A stretch of 64,000 bases of DNA, taken from contig CM119376.1 in NCBI GenBank assembly GCA_051294905.1, forward strand, positions 14,756,001 to 14,820,000. Reading direction: 5' to 3'. The translations under genes were made by a program, and so were the position numbers. Origin of the DNA: Botryllus schlosseri. Its lineage: Eukaryota. Position 1 is the first letter of the stretch; each line of letters opens with the position of its first letter. This document shows, in pieces, positions 38,225 through 50,369 of this stretch. Under the pieces are notes generated by a model. It did not search any database and was not told where the DNA came from. It saw only the letters and a list, made by a program, of their open reading frames with translations.

Positions 38225-39447
38225 ATTTAAGATAATCCAAGTTAGCCTGATATACATTAAAGTTAATGCTCTATTGCAATGTTCTGACTGGTAGTCCCTT
38301 TAGTTCACCCTTACATTATAACAATGACACGTTATGCTTAATGCTGTGGGAGGGGGAAACTACGTAGTAGTTCGATTATGAACAGTTTCACACTCTCATT
38401 GAAGACCACGAAATGCCTGAAGCAATCGAAAGTGAATAAATGATATACGTGACACGTAAAAATCCACAAGGCTGAAGTGCCAATAAAGAAGACAATCATA
38501 TCAATGAGGCATATTGACGCCGTAGTGCGATTTCGTAGTAATTCGTACAAGCATCGTTGCACATTCGTCGCACCCGCTATCCACTACTTTGATCGCCCGA
38601 CACCACTTCAGATTTCCTGTACATAAACAGAATGATTATCAGCAAACTGAGCACATGAGAGGAGCGCCTCCTAATGCGTGGTTGCTGATTCACGATAGTC
38701 ACAGGATATTGAAAACACGATAGTTCATTTAATCGCTAGGTCGCGCTACATGTTTTCCAGGCGATATCGAAACTCTACAAAACAGGTCGTATGGCGACAC
38801 TATAGCTGAATTTATTCAGAAAAATGTTATTGGTGAAAATCAATAGGCGTGTGAAAGACACTGAATCGACTTGACTGTCGCTGAGTGTGACGAGTACAAA
38901 TAAAATGGTTAAGGCACCCTATCGTGATACGTTGAAATGTTGAGCCTACGGTAACATTTGCAACAGAGTCTTGTTTAGGCCTATGCAAGAACCTTTTCCT
39001 AGTGAGCTGAGCATCTCCATAGATATATAGGCAACATATTTAGTCAACACCACATTAGTATAGGTAGAAAGTAGGTAGGCTAAATCGGGAGTTAAGTCAG
39101 AGACATGCCCTTTTTTAGTCGACACGACAAGGATTCTAGTACAAAAATGAGAATCAGCAGTCCTCGTCTACGGATTTCAAAATATAGTAACCCTATACTA
39201 TACTAACTCTCACTTGGTGCAATTGTCGAAAATCCCCACTTACACATACATTATACATAGCTAGAGGTTGTCTCTGCAGTTTTCACATATAACTTACCCG
39301 AAACCAGTTGCTACTTCAAAATTAAACAGTTTCGTACAACACGCTCACCATTGTGATGTACGCCCAAATTACACAATGAAGTCTCTGTTAGTACACCATG
39401 CAGAAAAAATGCATTCCAAACTTCTAGATCAATCGAAAATTTGATAT

Positions 39448-39453
39448 TTTATT
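39448..39453 (-). promoter_or_regulatory. Candidate polyadenylation signal for the GPCR
   Basis: AATAAA on minus strand ~450 nt after the stop codon; untested. Confidence 0.3.
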
Positions 39454-39904
39454 TCTCTAATTCATCTACAAGCATTCAACTTCTTTCATTGTGTAATTGA
39501 GACATAAAATTTTAATCCTATTGGCCTACCGGCAGGGAACTTGCCACGGATCGGCGGTTGCGAGCCACTGAGCTAGACAACCTCTCAGTGTGAGTCACAG
39601 CAACCTATTGCATAATTTTGGCCAAAGCGAATATGCGGCAGCCACGAATCACCCCACTCGAACTTATCAAACCTTCCATTGTCGATTCCAATGCATAATA
39701 TGCATGGCTTTCGCACAGTTATAGCCTATATCTTCGATGTATCATGCGGGATTAATATAGTGCAAAATTCTACTATCCAACAACCGGGTCGGGTTTCACT
39801 GTAGCACATATACATTTGGTTGCTCAGTTTTAACTCTGTCAACCGTGTTTGCTAACTAGAAATGCTTCAAGTCACACAATAGATAGAGAATCATCATCCC
39901 GACT

Positions 39905-40067
39905 TCATACGCACCCAATGGAGATTTTCGTTGTTCCAGTCATGCTGCTGCTGTTCGATCCGGATTTGTAAGTCTTCCTTTTTCGATACCGGACCTGCAG
40001 TCCCGAAGTCGACGTAATCGCATCCACTTGACTTGTGATTGTGCCCGTAACTGATCTCATGGCATCC
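39905..40067 (-). CDS. Somatostatin/opioid-like class A GPCR, coding exon 8 (Ser/Thr-rich C tail, stop)
   Basis: ttttag|G-DAMRSVTGTITSQ...KISIGCV*; phase 2 matches exon 7; exon total 1332 nt = 443 aa plus stop. Confidence 0.8.
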
Positions 40068-40561
40068 CTAAAACAATACTTTATTGGGAACATTGCACTC
40101 TGTCAAGTGCTTCTTAGCGGCAGGTCCAATGTGTCGGTTGAGAATATAACTTGAGCTCTTACTATCATGGCCAACAACCGTTAGGAATTAAATCGTAATA
40201 TATGAATGTAGCTCGTATCTGGATCTATCGCAGTTCTGTTTATGGCCTTAACAATAAATTTGTTTCGTTAAAGTATTCGCTGATAGTACAAAGCTATATT
40301 TTACTCGTGTATAGATGCATCCGTGTTTTTGACGCGTCATTTGCTAGCAATTAGTCGATATATCGATGTCTTCTGAACAGGTTATAAGTGCGAAGTTGTA
40401 AAATATAGTTCTTCAAACGTTTGGGGTTCATGAGATTGATCTATTTTTCAAACGGGTCCGTGTCTATATAATGTATAGTATATTCATACGTCGATCGAAC
40501 GCATTGCCGGACATCATAATATTATTATTGGTATTGTAATGTATAGCCTACTGGTGCTCAT

Positions 40562-41195
40562 CACAGGGCGTAGCAGCCACTTGGCGGTTCTGGCTCTGGC
40601 CAGGGGAGGCAGGCTGCAAGGGACGGCATAATGAGGCTACACAGTGCGTACAGCACGAAAAGATGGCTAATCACGAGTTAATTTGTTACGACCTACGATT
40701 TGGTCAATATTTAGTCTTGTGTATGAATCTTTATCTTACCGTTTGTGTTTCAATTGCGAGCTGTGAGAGGAGTTTCCCAAAGCTTTAAATGAATGAGTCG
40801 TATATTTACGTTGTACCATGAATGATGATCGGCTATCACGTTTATCGATTCTTTCAATAGAAAGAGAATTCGCTCAAAACCTTGGTTTTGAATATGCTAC
40901 CGCTGCTTTTATTCCGGAGAAAGCTCGAAAAGTTCAATTTTGAGGCGGCTGTTGATGATGTATTTGCCTAGGACATTTTTTCTCCATTTTTTGTCTTTTA
41001 TGTTTGGTCTTAACGCTGATAGAGTGAGGATTCTTTCTCAAGCAATATAGAACTTGTGAGACGCGACACATTGTAATCATGTTTTTACTGAAAAGATTGC
41101 TCGAACATGAAACTATTTCAAAATTTGCTGCAGTCTACGTAGGACGGGATTTTCAACGAAAGCTATGGGTGGCAGCATATGCTTCTAAGCCACTG
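40562..41195 (+). mobile_element. hAT Tip100-type deletion derivative with transposase C-terminal remnant (GPCR intron 7)
   Basis: Ends CACAGGGCGTAGCAGC / GCTTCTAAGCCACTG; TSD GTGCTCAT / GTGCTCAC; remnant SCERSF..YLRCTMNDDRLSRLSILSIERE..KARKVQF* at ~40745-40942. Confidence 0.85.
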
Positions 41196-42007
41196 GTGCT
41201 CACCACCTCTAAAGGCGTGGTGCGTCACGGTCTAGAATTACCATCCGTTACAAAATACATATTATTAATTAATTATTGAAGTCTAGACTAGACCAGTGGT
41301 TTCCAACGTGAGCGACATCGCCCCCCAGTGGGCGATTTCGAGAAATAAGGGGCGACAATACCAACAATACCAATACCAACTTGGAGATTCGAATATAACA
41401 GGATTCGATGGACATCTAAGACAATATAAAGCTGGTAGAAAAGGATTGGCCGCAACTACCATCGTATAATTCTGCAATGTAATGTCGTCAAGATATTCAA
41501 AACATGCAGATTTTATCAAGATATTTATAGTCTTCGTCCTAAAACACTGAATTGTTAAATTGATGCATCATTAGCAACTGAGTAATGGTATCATGAATAG
41601 CTTAGATATCGTTGGCGAAAGCCAGTTGAAAAAAGAATCGCATAATGGATAGTAACGTCCAGTTACTTCCTCAACAAACCGCTCACATCTGATACGCGTC
41701 ATAGCCTATTGAATGTTTGAGCTAACTAAACGATATTTGGACCGCATGTGTCATCCGCCCAAATACTTGCAATATCAAAAGTTCTGTTCTATGTTATGCG
41801 GTTTCGAACTATAACACTCACTACGCCACAGCATGTTATCTATCGATATCCGCATTACTTTCTCATATTGCTCACCGCGTGTAATATCGTTTGACTCGCA
41901 ATGTTCCTGACATGAGACATTTCTTTATCGCAGGCAAATATGCATAAGCATATCGCGAAATCGATTCGAAAGTGATAACGATCACAACGACGAATTAAAC
42001 CCGTTAC

Positions 42008-42120
42008 CTCAGTCGCTTTGAAAATTTCTTCCCGACGATGTTATAAAGGCACGGGTTTATGATGGAATTTACCACGACCAAAAGGGAAAACACCGACGTG
42101 ATCGTGCTGCAAAACTCCTC
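42008..42120 (-). CDS. GPCR coding exon 7 (TM7, helix 8; not in supplied ORF track)
   Basis: EEFCSTITSVFSLLVVVNSIINPCLYNIVGKKFSKRL; NPxxY motif; follows a 65-bp intron; phase 0-2. Confidence 0.9.
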
Positions 42121-42185
42121 CTAAAAGCAAGGATCCGACTTAATATGGCAATGGTGCGAACGATATTGGCTCTGTTAAATCTCAC

Positions 42186-42425
42186 CGACTGCTGAATCCC
42201 AGATAGCTTCGCCATGTTAAGCGAATGAAACGGCAACCAGCACACTGCGAATATTGTGACGTACGCGACGCAGAGCTTGGTGGCCCTTCTGTAAGTTTTG
42301 TCGGCCTTGCTAAGTTTTCTCGATTCTCGCTTTGGACGTTCTCCGGACTTCATTGACATTCTTGTTTTCCGCGAAGAGCTCGCGACCATCATTTTCAGGA
42401 TGAAGGAGTAGCACGTTAACATGAC
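42186..42425 (-). CDS. GPCR coding exon 6 (end of TM5, ICL3, TM6)
   Basis: VMLTCYSFIL...RRATKLCVAYVTIFAVCWLPFHSLNM; CWxP motif; 240 nt, phase 0-0. Confidence 0.92.
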
Positions 42426-42596
42426 CTATCATGGAATTTGTTTGTTGATAACTTGTGGCTAGTTACGAAGTTAGTCATTTTCGCGGTGAACTGAGTATAT
42501 GAGAAATATGAGCATGAGTCGCCGAAATGATGGCGGTTATAGTTCCAAGCTATACTTTCACACCGAGTTTACCAGATTTACGGCATACGGACCATC

Positions 42597-43981
42597 GTAC
42601 CTGGACTACTTTGTAAAATCACCTACGTATGGAAGCTCTTACTTCACACTTCAGCGATTCAAGTATAGTTGATATCTGTCCTCACGAAAATCAAATACAC
42701 CTTGTGATGCAAAGATATGGACTATCTTATTTTGACGCAAAACCGTGCGATACGGCTGATCTCATCTGTACCTTTACGTACCAATTTATCGCCTTACTAC
42801 CGTAAGCATCGAATTTTGCGAGTTGATGAACTGTATCGCTTCGAAGTATCAAAAGTTGTTCACAAATATTTTTCCAATAGTCTCCCTCCTGTGTTTGATG
42901 ACTTTTTCATACCTGCTAAACATGTCCATTCCCATTACACGAGATCTTCGTCTAAAGGAAACGTCTACTTACCCCAACCCAATAGCAACCTAACTAAGAG
43001 ATCTATCGACTACTCGGGACCTATCATCTGGAATGCATTACCATCACATATCCGTGAATTGCCTTATAATAGATTCAAAAAAGCCCTACTTGATCACCTC
43101 TTGTCGTTACACTAACACTGTTGCCCTATCTCGCCCAGACATTGCTTCATTGATCATTTGCTACCATTGTTTAATTTTTTTTATATTTTCCTTTCCTAAC
43201 TAAACATTTTTTCACAGCCAGACTGTTCTGAGTCAAGTGTACCTGTTTGATGCTGGTGTGATCAGACTAGATGACCTTCACGGTCTTATCGATCATTCCT
43301 ATCTAATACCGAATACTGTGCACGCATATTTTCTGTACCACCATCACTGCTGTTTGTTATGTATTTTGGTTCGATGAAAATAAAGACTCTCTCTCTCTCT
43401 CTCTGGAGTAATGGTAGAGACTATAGTTGACAACTCCATGGTGAAGACATGCGACTTATCTGCCTAAAAACTATTTTTATTTTCTAATATTTCCAAAGTA
43501 GCCTACATAAAATAAGGTTATCATACGTCCTCTTTTTGGGGAATTCCTTTTTAAGGAAATAAAAATTGTCCTCTGATGACGCCTAGATGGTCTCTTTTTT
43601 GGCATTTCGTCCCCCTTTACAGCCAAAGTACCTGGACTACTTTGTAAAATCACCTACGTATGGAAGCTCTTACTTCACACTTCAGCGATTCAAGTATAGT
43701 TGATATCTGTCCTCACGAAAATCAAATACACCTTGTGATGCAAAGATATGGACTATCTTATTTTGACTGGAGTAATGGTAGAGACTATAGTTGACAACTC
43801 CATGGTGAAGACATGCGACTTATCTGCCTAAAAACTAATTTTATTTTCTAATATTTCCAAAGTAGCCTACATAAAATAAGGTTATCATACGTCCTCTTTT
43901 TGGGGAATTCCTTTTTAAGGAAATAAAAAATGTCCTCTGATGACGCCTAGATGGTCTCTTTTTTGGCATTTCGTCCCCCTT
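42597..43981. repeat. Tandem duplication of a ~354-bp unit; first copy carries the LINE
   Basis: 42597-42736 identical to 43628-43767; 43404-43617 matches 43768-43981 with 2 substitutions. Confidence 0.92.
42737..43403 (+). mobile_element. 5'-truncated CR1/L2-type LINE 3' end with (CT)n tail
   Basis: QNRAIRLI...HSHYTRSS...YSGPIIWNALP typical of CR1/L2 ORF2 C terminus; 3' UTR ends AATAAAGAC(TC)n; empty site visible at 43767|43768. Confidence 0.88.
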
Positions 43982-44219
43982 CAGCCCTTTACAGATCTAG
44001 GATACTGGACAGAGTCAAGTAAAAATCGGCATGGCGTGAAATAGGTGATGCGGACGTTCGAGCGAGTCAAATGAAAGTGTTGACCTTTTTTCTCTTTTAG
44101 TCACCACAACAAGATATTCGGTAAATATTACAAAATCTTATGTCTTCAATTTCCGTCAACTAACTTTTAGATTTGGTAGAAGTGTCCTCCTTTCCCGATT
44201 CCAAAATATGGTAATCCTG
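43877..44219. mobile_element. hAT MITE family B
   Basis: TAAGGTTATCATA / TATGGTAATCCTG; perfect TSD ACATAAAA. Confidence 0.88.
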
Positions 44220-44227
44220 ACATAAAA

Positions 44228-44579
44228 CAGGGTTACCCTATTTTGGGATCCGCTACGAGCACACTTTTTACAAATTACAAAAATCAGATAACCAGACCTG
44301 CTGCGGATTATCGATTTTTTACAAGCAACCATGTAGTGTTGACTAAAATAAGTCATTTTTCGAGTCCTACTCCCAATAGACCCACCCGACCATTCGTATT
44401 CCACATTTTGCGTCATTTATGGCGTTTGGTAGTTGAACCTGTCCCTTGGCCTGGCTGTCAAAGCTATAATGGAGGATGAATTCTCAAAAAGAAGGACATT
44501 TAGGTGTCCTCGGAGGATATTTACGATTTCCTGATAACGGAGGACAAATCCTCCTAAAAGAGGACATACGGTTACCCTA
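44228..44579. mobile_element. hAT MITE family B, inverted relative to and 8 bp from the previous copy
   Basis: CAGGGTTACCCTA / TACGGTTACCCTA; flanks ACATAAAA / ATATAACA (6 of 8). Confidence 0.82.
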
Positions 44580-44889
44580 ATATAACAACACTCATATCCT
44601 ACAATACCGCCGTCCCGAGCAGAAGACCAGGAAGTCTATTCTCTTAGTGCCGGGGTGATTATTACGGAATTTACAGGCAGAATTACATAATTTACCAGTA
44701 GATCGCAAGAGCCTTTCGGCAGATCACAATGTGGTTCTCATAGGTTACAATTGGTACCACGGGCGATATCACCAGCGTGTACTCAAAGGTGGTGTGGACA
44801 CTCGAAAAATCTCGTGACCCTCACACCCAGATGACTTTGATCAATTTGTTGTTGTCGATTCGTCTGCAGCAGTAATTAAGGGCAAAGTT

Positions 44890-46190
44890 GGTATTGGTCT
44901 TTGTTGATTTTGACTGTGTTCCATATCGAGATGGGCGACAGGATTTAGTATGGTATATTTTGATGTTCTCATCCAACACAGTACCAAGTCTCAACACTGT
45001 GACTCAATGATTAGAGTAATAATTCCGCTATCGAAGTCGAGTATAAGTGTGGGAGAATTTCTGGGATGCTCCTCGCCGAGTGATCCGCGTCAGCGGTGTC
45101 GTATGGAAAGCCTAGAATTGGGCCGTGCCATTTACGGAATCAAGAATAAAAAATATCGGCCTGGTGTAAAATGATCGATGTAGTCGAAGTACCATGAATA
45201 TCAAAAACAAACAAACCCAGCTAATCATTGAGTAGCAATCCTGAAACTTACCGCAAAGTTAGATAACACAATCAAGATATGCCGTACCAAATTTCGTCAT
45301 CCATCTTGGTATGGAACACATTCAAAATTCACATACCAATATCAACTTTTGCGAAACATCTGCTGGTGGTAGGTAGAATGCCAGATCAGCGTGCTTTCTG
45401 ACATCTCGACATGATAACGACATTGCTACCGAAATCATTAAATCACAGCCTTGAAAGTCGGTATGGTGTTGGATGCCTTCATCAAATATTACGAAATTTT
45501 GTTATCCATCACGGTAAAAATACATTATCCAAAATCTACATATTCCAATTCCAGCTTTTGTGAAAAATCTGGCATGCGGTGGGCTGGATGCCAGATCAGC
45601 GCGTACCCTGATATACTTGATTTGCTAACGAAATTACTATACTAACTTCCTTATCACCAAGTTGCAGCCTTTAGAATTTGTTCCGTGTAAGATGCATTCA
45701 TCTGGCATTCAGTCTATAGCATGACAGATTTTTTGCGAATGACAGTATTGGTATGTGGGGACTCTGATTGTGTTGTATACTGCGATGGATAGCAAAAATT
45801 TCATACTATACATATATTCATGATGGCATTTAACACTGTACCAAGTTATAGGGCTGTGACTCAATAATTACAGTGGTAACTACATTATCGAAGTGGAGTA
45901 TGCTAGGGTGTGGGCCGATATGGCATTAAGCCTACCGCATAAAGAACTTTTCGCAATAGTCGATATTTGTATATATGTTGATTTTGAAAGTATTCCACAC
46001 CGAGATGGCCGACGAAATTCAGTATGGTATATCTTGGTTGTGTTATCTAACATCGCAGTAAGTTTCGTGATGATTACGATTAGCTTGGTAATCCCGTTTT
46101 CGAACTCGGCAATATATCTGTGAGCGCTGATCTACCAGATTCTCGACTTCGATAACGGAATTATCACTCTTGGTACAGTGTTAGATGACA
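44890..46190. repeat. Modular foldback-like repeat built of diverged ~130-200-bp subunits in both orientations
   Basis: 45215-45410 and 45470-45615 are direct repeats; 45724-45810 and 45950-46130 are their reverse complements; 44990-45050 pairs with 46135-46190. Confidence 0.75.
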
Positions 46191-46639
46191 GCATCAGACA
46201 GACCTTGCGTTTAATTACTGCAACAGGCGGGTTGACTATAACATAGTTAGCAAAGTCATCTATAGGCGTGACGGTCACGTGATTTTTCGAGTGTTCACAC
46301 CACCTTTGTGTACAGGTACACGCTGATATCAAAACCAACATATTGTCTTCTGCGTGAAGTATAAGTATAACTGAATTTGACATAAATAAAGCCATAATTA
46401 GGGCAGAGCAGAAGTGATGAGCTTCTTCATAGTCCTTAGGTTGAAGATTGCGAAAAAATTCACAGCCTTGGTCTAAGTCAGATTGATCGCACATATCGCA
46501 CTATTTTCTACATTCAGGAAATAGATCGAGGACTGCCAAATGCTGAAGAGCCTGCTTTGCGCGACAACGTAGCATAATTCTTTTATCATTATCAATGTCG
46601 ACCGCAGTAGTGTAGGTTGAAAATATATAGTACACTTAC

Positions 46640-46757
46640 GATGAAAGGTATGACAAACAAAACGAAGAAGTTGACTTTCACGAAAGCATGCCACGCCGTG
46701 CTACTGCTCTCATGTGAACATATCGATGCACCACCAGTGGTATTTTGGCTTGGGCCT
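46640..46757 (-). CDS. GPCR coding exon 5 (end of ECL2, TM5)
   Basis: cacag|A-GPSQNTTGGASICSHESSSTAWHAFVKVNFFVLFVIPFI|gtaagt; phase 2-0. Confidence 0.85.
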
Positions 46758-48616
46758 CTGTGAAATGAAAAATAGACTAGGAATACATACGCGGACACGC
46801 ATTTACAGTGCGGGTTTCCCGACATCACGACATCGATTACCATTTGCCAGGCTGACTTACATTCCCATTGCGCTGCCACCTTCATACCCAGAATAATAAA
46901 ATGCATCCGACCTGTTAACACAAGAATGCGCTAGTCTGTGTGTTTGTGTCAATTAAACTGCGACTCGCAGTGTTGAAACGGCGGTTTTGCTATACTTAGC
47001 CGTTACACAGACTGGAGATACTATATTTCACGTATGCGATCCCGGAGGACGATTCAATCGGACGACTTCAACGCTTTGCTGCGTACGATTCATCGTCTTC
47101 CATCTTGTACTAACCCATTATAGTCTTCGTAAATATCAAAATCACCTCCCGTTATATTCTGTTCGTGTAGTGATATTGATCTGTTCAAGACGAACAGCTT
47201 GTGTTTTAATGGGCGATAGGAATCGGAAAATAAGCTGAATCATGGGGCACAAAAATTTGCCGAATAAAATCGGAACCGTTAGATTTTGAATTTGAGTCAA
47301 ATGTTCACGTCAATTGTCAAAGCATACATTATGTAACTTGCGAGGTATTCCGATAAACCCCTCAGCAGTCGCATTGAGAAGTGACCACATCATCATTACT
47401 AATCATTAGGGTGATTTTTTACCTAAAAACGGAATAATTTGACCTACAAAATCAAAATGTTGACATTTTTTGACCTAAACAAACTTAACTTTGACCCAAT
47501 TTTGACCTCATGTATGTAAATTAGGTGTTTTCGCACATAATATTAGAATTGTACTTATCTTAATTTCTGGTTGGAACTGTCTGTCATTACGAAGTAGTTT
47601 GGCATAAAAAGACTTTTTTGACTAAAAATCTGACAAATTTTTACCGGAAAAATCATTTATTTGAAGAATTCCAGTAGATACATCACGCATTATGGTGGAA
47701 ATAATTGAAAAAAAGTGTAGTACAACAAAAGATAGCTTCCTACATTCTCGGGTAGAAAGTGTACTAAGTAGCTTACCAGGAATGGAGAAGTACGTTATTG
47801 GCTAGCAACACTGAAGTTGTGAGTATACTACTGGTGACACACCGTGTTGTTTCATTCTGACAATGTTGTCTACAACATCATAATTTGTCAGCATACGCTT
47901 CTTGATATAAGAACCAAAGCCAACGCAATCTTGATGCATGTTAGGATATTGCGGTACGTTTAGCACAACACCATATGTCAAAATATTTTCATTTGACCGT
48001 TTATGATTCACAATAAGCAGACAATGTCCGTCTACAACGGCAAGCCTATAAAGATGTGAAATGTCAAATGATTAGTTCACAGACAGTGCAAACATCTACG
48101 ATGCAAACCAAATGCAGGTTGCAAAACCAATTTGACGTTGTAAACAATTTTGACAATTCTTTGACCTAACGCTGCAATTTTGACAAAATTTTGACTTATT
48201 TTGAAATGTCAAAAAATCGACTTATAAGGTGGATGTGATTTCCATCTACGTTTTCGCTATGGTTAATTTTAGTAGCCGCCATATCACAGACAACACAGCT
48301 TCGACGTGTCGTTAGCCGCCTTGATTGATGTAAAGATATCACTCCAGGCATACAGTAATTGACTCATTTGTTCGTATCGTTTGTGTGTAACTTAACCATG
48401 CTTTGAACGACTTGAAAAGCTTTGAAGTCAAAAGTCACATTGATTCAAAATGACTTGCGGCCACGATGGTGAATGCATAAATGGAAATACACAGCTTTAC
48501 CGATCACAAAGTGATGACGAAAGATTGAATCCAATATACACGTACGTCTGGTTCGTGGACATATGAGCAAAGAGCAAGTGACACAATGAAAAACTTGGTC
48601 ACGCGACAATTGGGCA

Positions 48617-48720
48617 TAGGTTGAAATTAGGGTTAGAGTAGGGTTCGATTTAGGATTACGCTAAGGTTAGGGTTGGGGTTGGGGTTACAGTAAGGGCTGT
48701 TGCGTGGGTTAGCGTTGAGG
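48617..48720 (+). repeat. Degenerate TTAGGG-like hexamer tract
   Basis: TTAGGG, TTAGAG, TAGGGTT, TTGGGG variants in tandem. Confidence 0.6.
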
Positions 48721-49216
48721 TACTCTTATTCAAGTGCTTTTCAACCTTTTGGATGGTACGCACTTTTGCGGATGTTAAATATTGTAGTGCGGATGAAAAT
48801 CCAGCTGGGTGCGGATAAAATCGTAAATAATTGTTACTTTTTCCGACGTTGAATAATTCAAAAAAATCGAAAGGTAATTCGAGCGCAGGGTCTCCCTAAT
48901 TTTTGTCGTTGCGACGCAACTGTGAAAATTTGTTTTGTCACTAATCCTAACTTCAACAATAACTTTGTCTCGCACCAGCCGTGGTGAACTAATATTTGCG
49001 CACTCTAATTATTCCGTAATCAAAAGTCTGGTTGGAAAGCGAGTGTAGTGGGAGGCATACAGTGGATCAGCACTCCTGAGCCCGCGACACGCGGGAAAAA
49101 CTATGTCAAATTGACTCTCTGCGTTCTTGCTCTGAACATCGATTAGCACGATGCACGGATATAGTAAAGACCTACAGACTCACATGTGCAAGTTACTGTA
49201 ACTCAAATTTCCCCCT

Positions 49217-49695
49217 ATAAGGGTTCTTAAAGTATGGGTCGCAAAGGGTATAATTTTCGGTCGCCACGGCATCAAAGCGATCTAAAAATATGCATGTAAT
49301 ATTTGTTAAATTTCTTTTAAAAAATTTATTCGGGCTTCTCGCGATTGCATGTGGTTAGTTTTTACATATCCACGGTCTCTGTCTTGAGTACTATACCCAA
49401 TACCCAAGACACACAGAAATACGGATTTATCATGACATTTATATTACACAAATTGGTTTGTATTAATGATAAGATTTGTCTGACTGGTTTCTCTGGTAAA
49501 CAGCGTCTAAAAGATCAGCGGAGACAAAGCTTTGGCCGAAAATGACCGTCATTGGTAACCAATACTTTCGATAATTACATGCTCCGTTGTCGAAATGGTC
49601 GACAATCGGTACCGAATAGTGCCGTCCTTGCAATCTCAGTGGAAGGTAGTACTAATGCGACGTGCTGAGAAATATAATTCACCTCGATTCGAAAT
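49217..49695. repeat. Old repeat homologous to 1-245 joined to ~2500-2705
   Basis: Shared blocks GCAAARGGTATAATTTT, GATAAGATTTGTCYGACTGGTTT and TTGGCCRAAAATGACCGTC; Charlie-like start TAAGGGTTCTTAAAGTATGGGTCGC. Confidence 0.65.
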
Positions 49696-49701
49696 CGTGT
49701 A

Positions 49702-50369
49702 TAGGGTCTCGTGACCGTAACTGACGCACCCCAAACCCCCCAATTGGGGGGGGCGAGCTCGAAGGGGGCCCAAAATTATTTCACCGATTAGCATAAATTA
49801 TAGAGTATTTTTCAGAAATTTATGCAACTTTTTCAAATATTTTTTGCGCTGCACGCGATTTAAAGTTGCCAAGTTTCCTAATTATTTATTTGGTAACCTA
49901 CTCTTCCCCAAGACAAAATACGCAAGATTTATCGAAATGGACATGTCGGCGAGACATTTAAGGTTTTAGGACATGTAACATGAGACTCCAAGAAGTGTGC
50001 CAGAACGATCGGCAGCGAGAAAACTTGGGCCAAAAAAGACTGCATGCCCTCTTACGTTGACCGAAAACTTTGTTATATATGCAAAATACATATAGGTTTA
50101 ATTGTCCATAGGCGCCTAAATGACTGGCGCCGAATGTTCCTGTCTTGGCAATCTGAGCCTCAGAAGACAAATACCATTCCGCGGGGAAAAATTATATGCC
50201 AGTGAAGAAATACCAATTTGAAATCGTGTGCGTCTTTTAGTTTAGTACATTTGGGCGATTCTGTATTTTTTGATGTAAAAGACAGGAGATCACGAAATGA
50301 CATCATGTAACAAAGTCATCCAACGGGTCCGCCCGCCCGAATATGTTTAATTATTATTTACGGGCCCTA
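49702..50369. mobile_element. Decayed GC-rich hAT-like MITE
   Basis: Ends TAGGGTCTCGTGA / TTACGGGCCCTA; homologous to ~30680-31000; no TSD. Confidence 0.5.

Noticed and set aside
42115-42123. Tandem NAGNAG acceptor (TAG GAG GAG) at GPCR exon 7
   Set aside because: GAG acceptors are rarely used, the effect would be one residue, and there is no evidence without RNA data.
47777-47810. Possible GPCR mini-exon (cttcag...CCTG|gtaagc)
   Set aside because: It has a stop in the required phase-2 frame, and its 34-nt length would break the frame.
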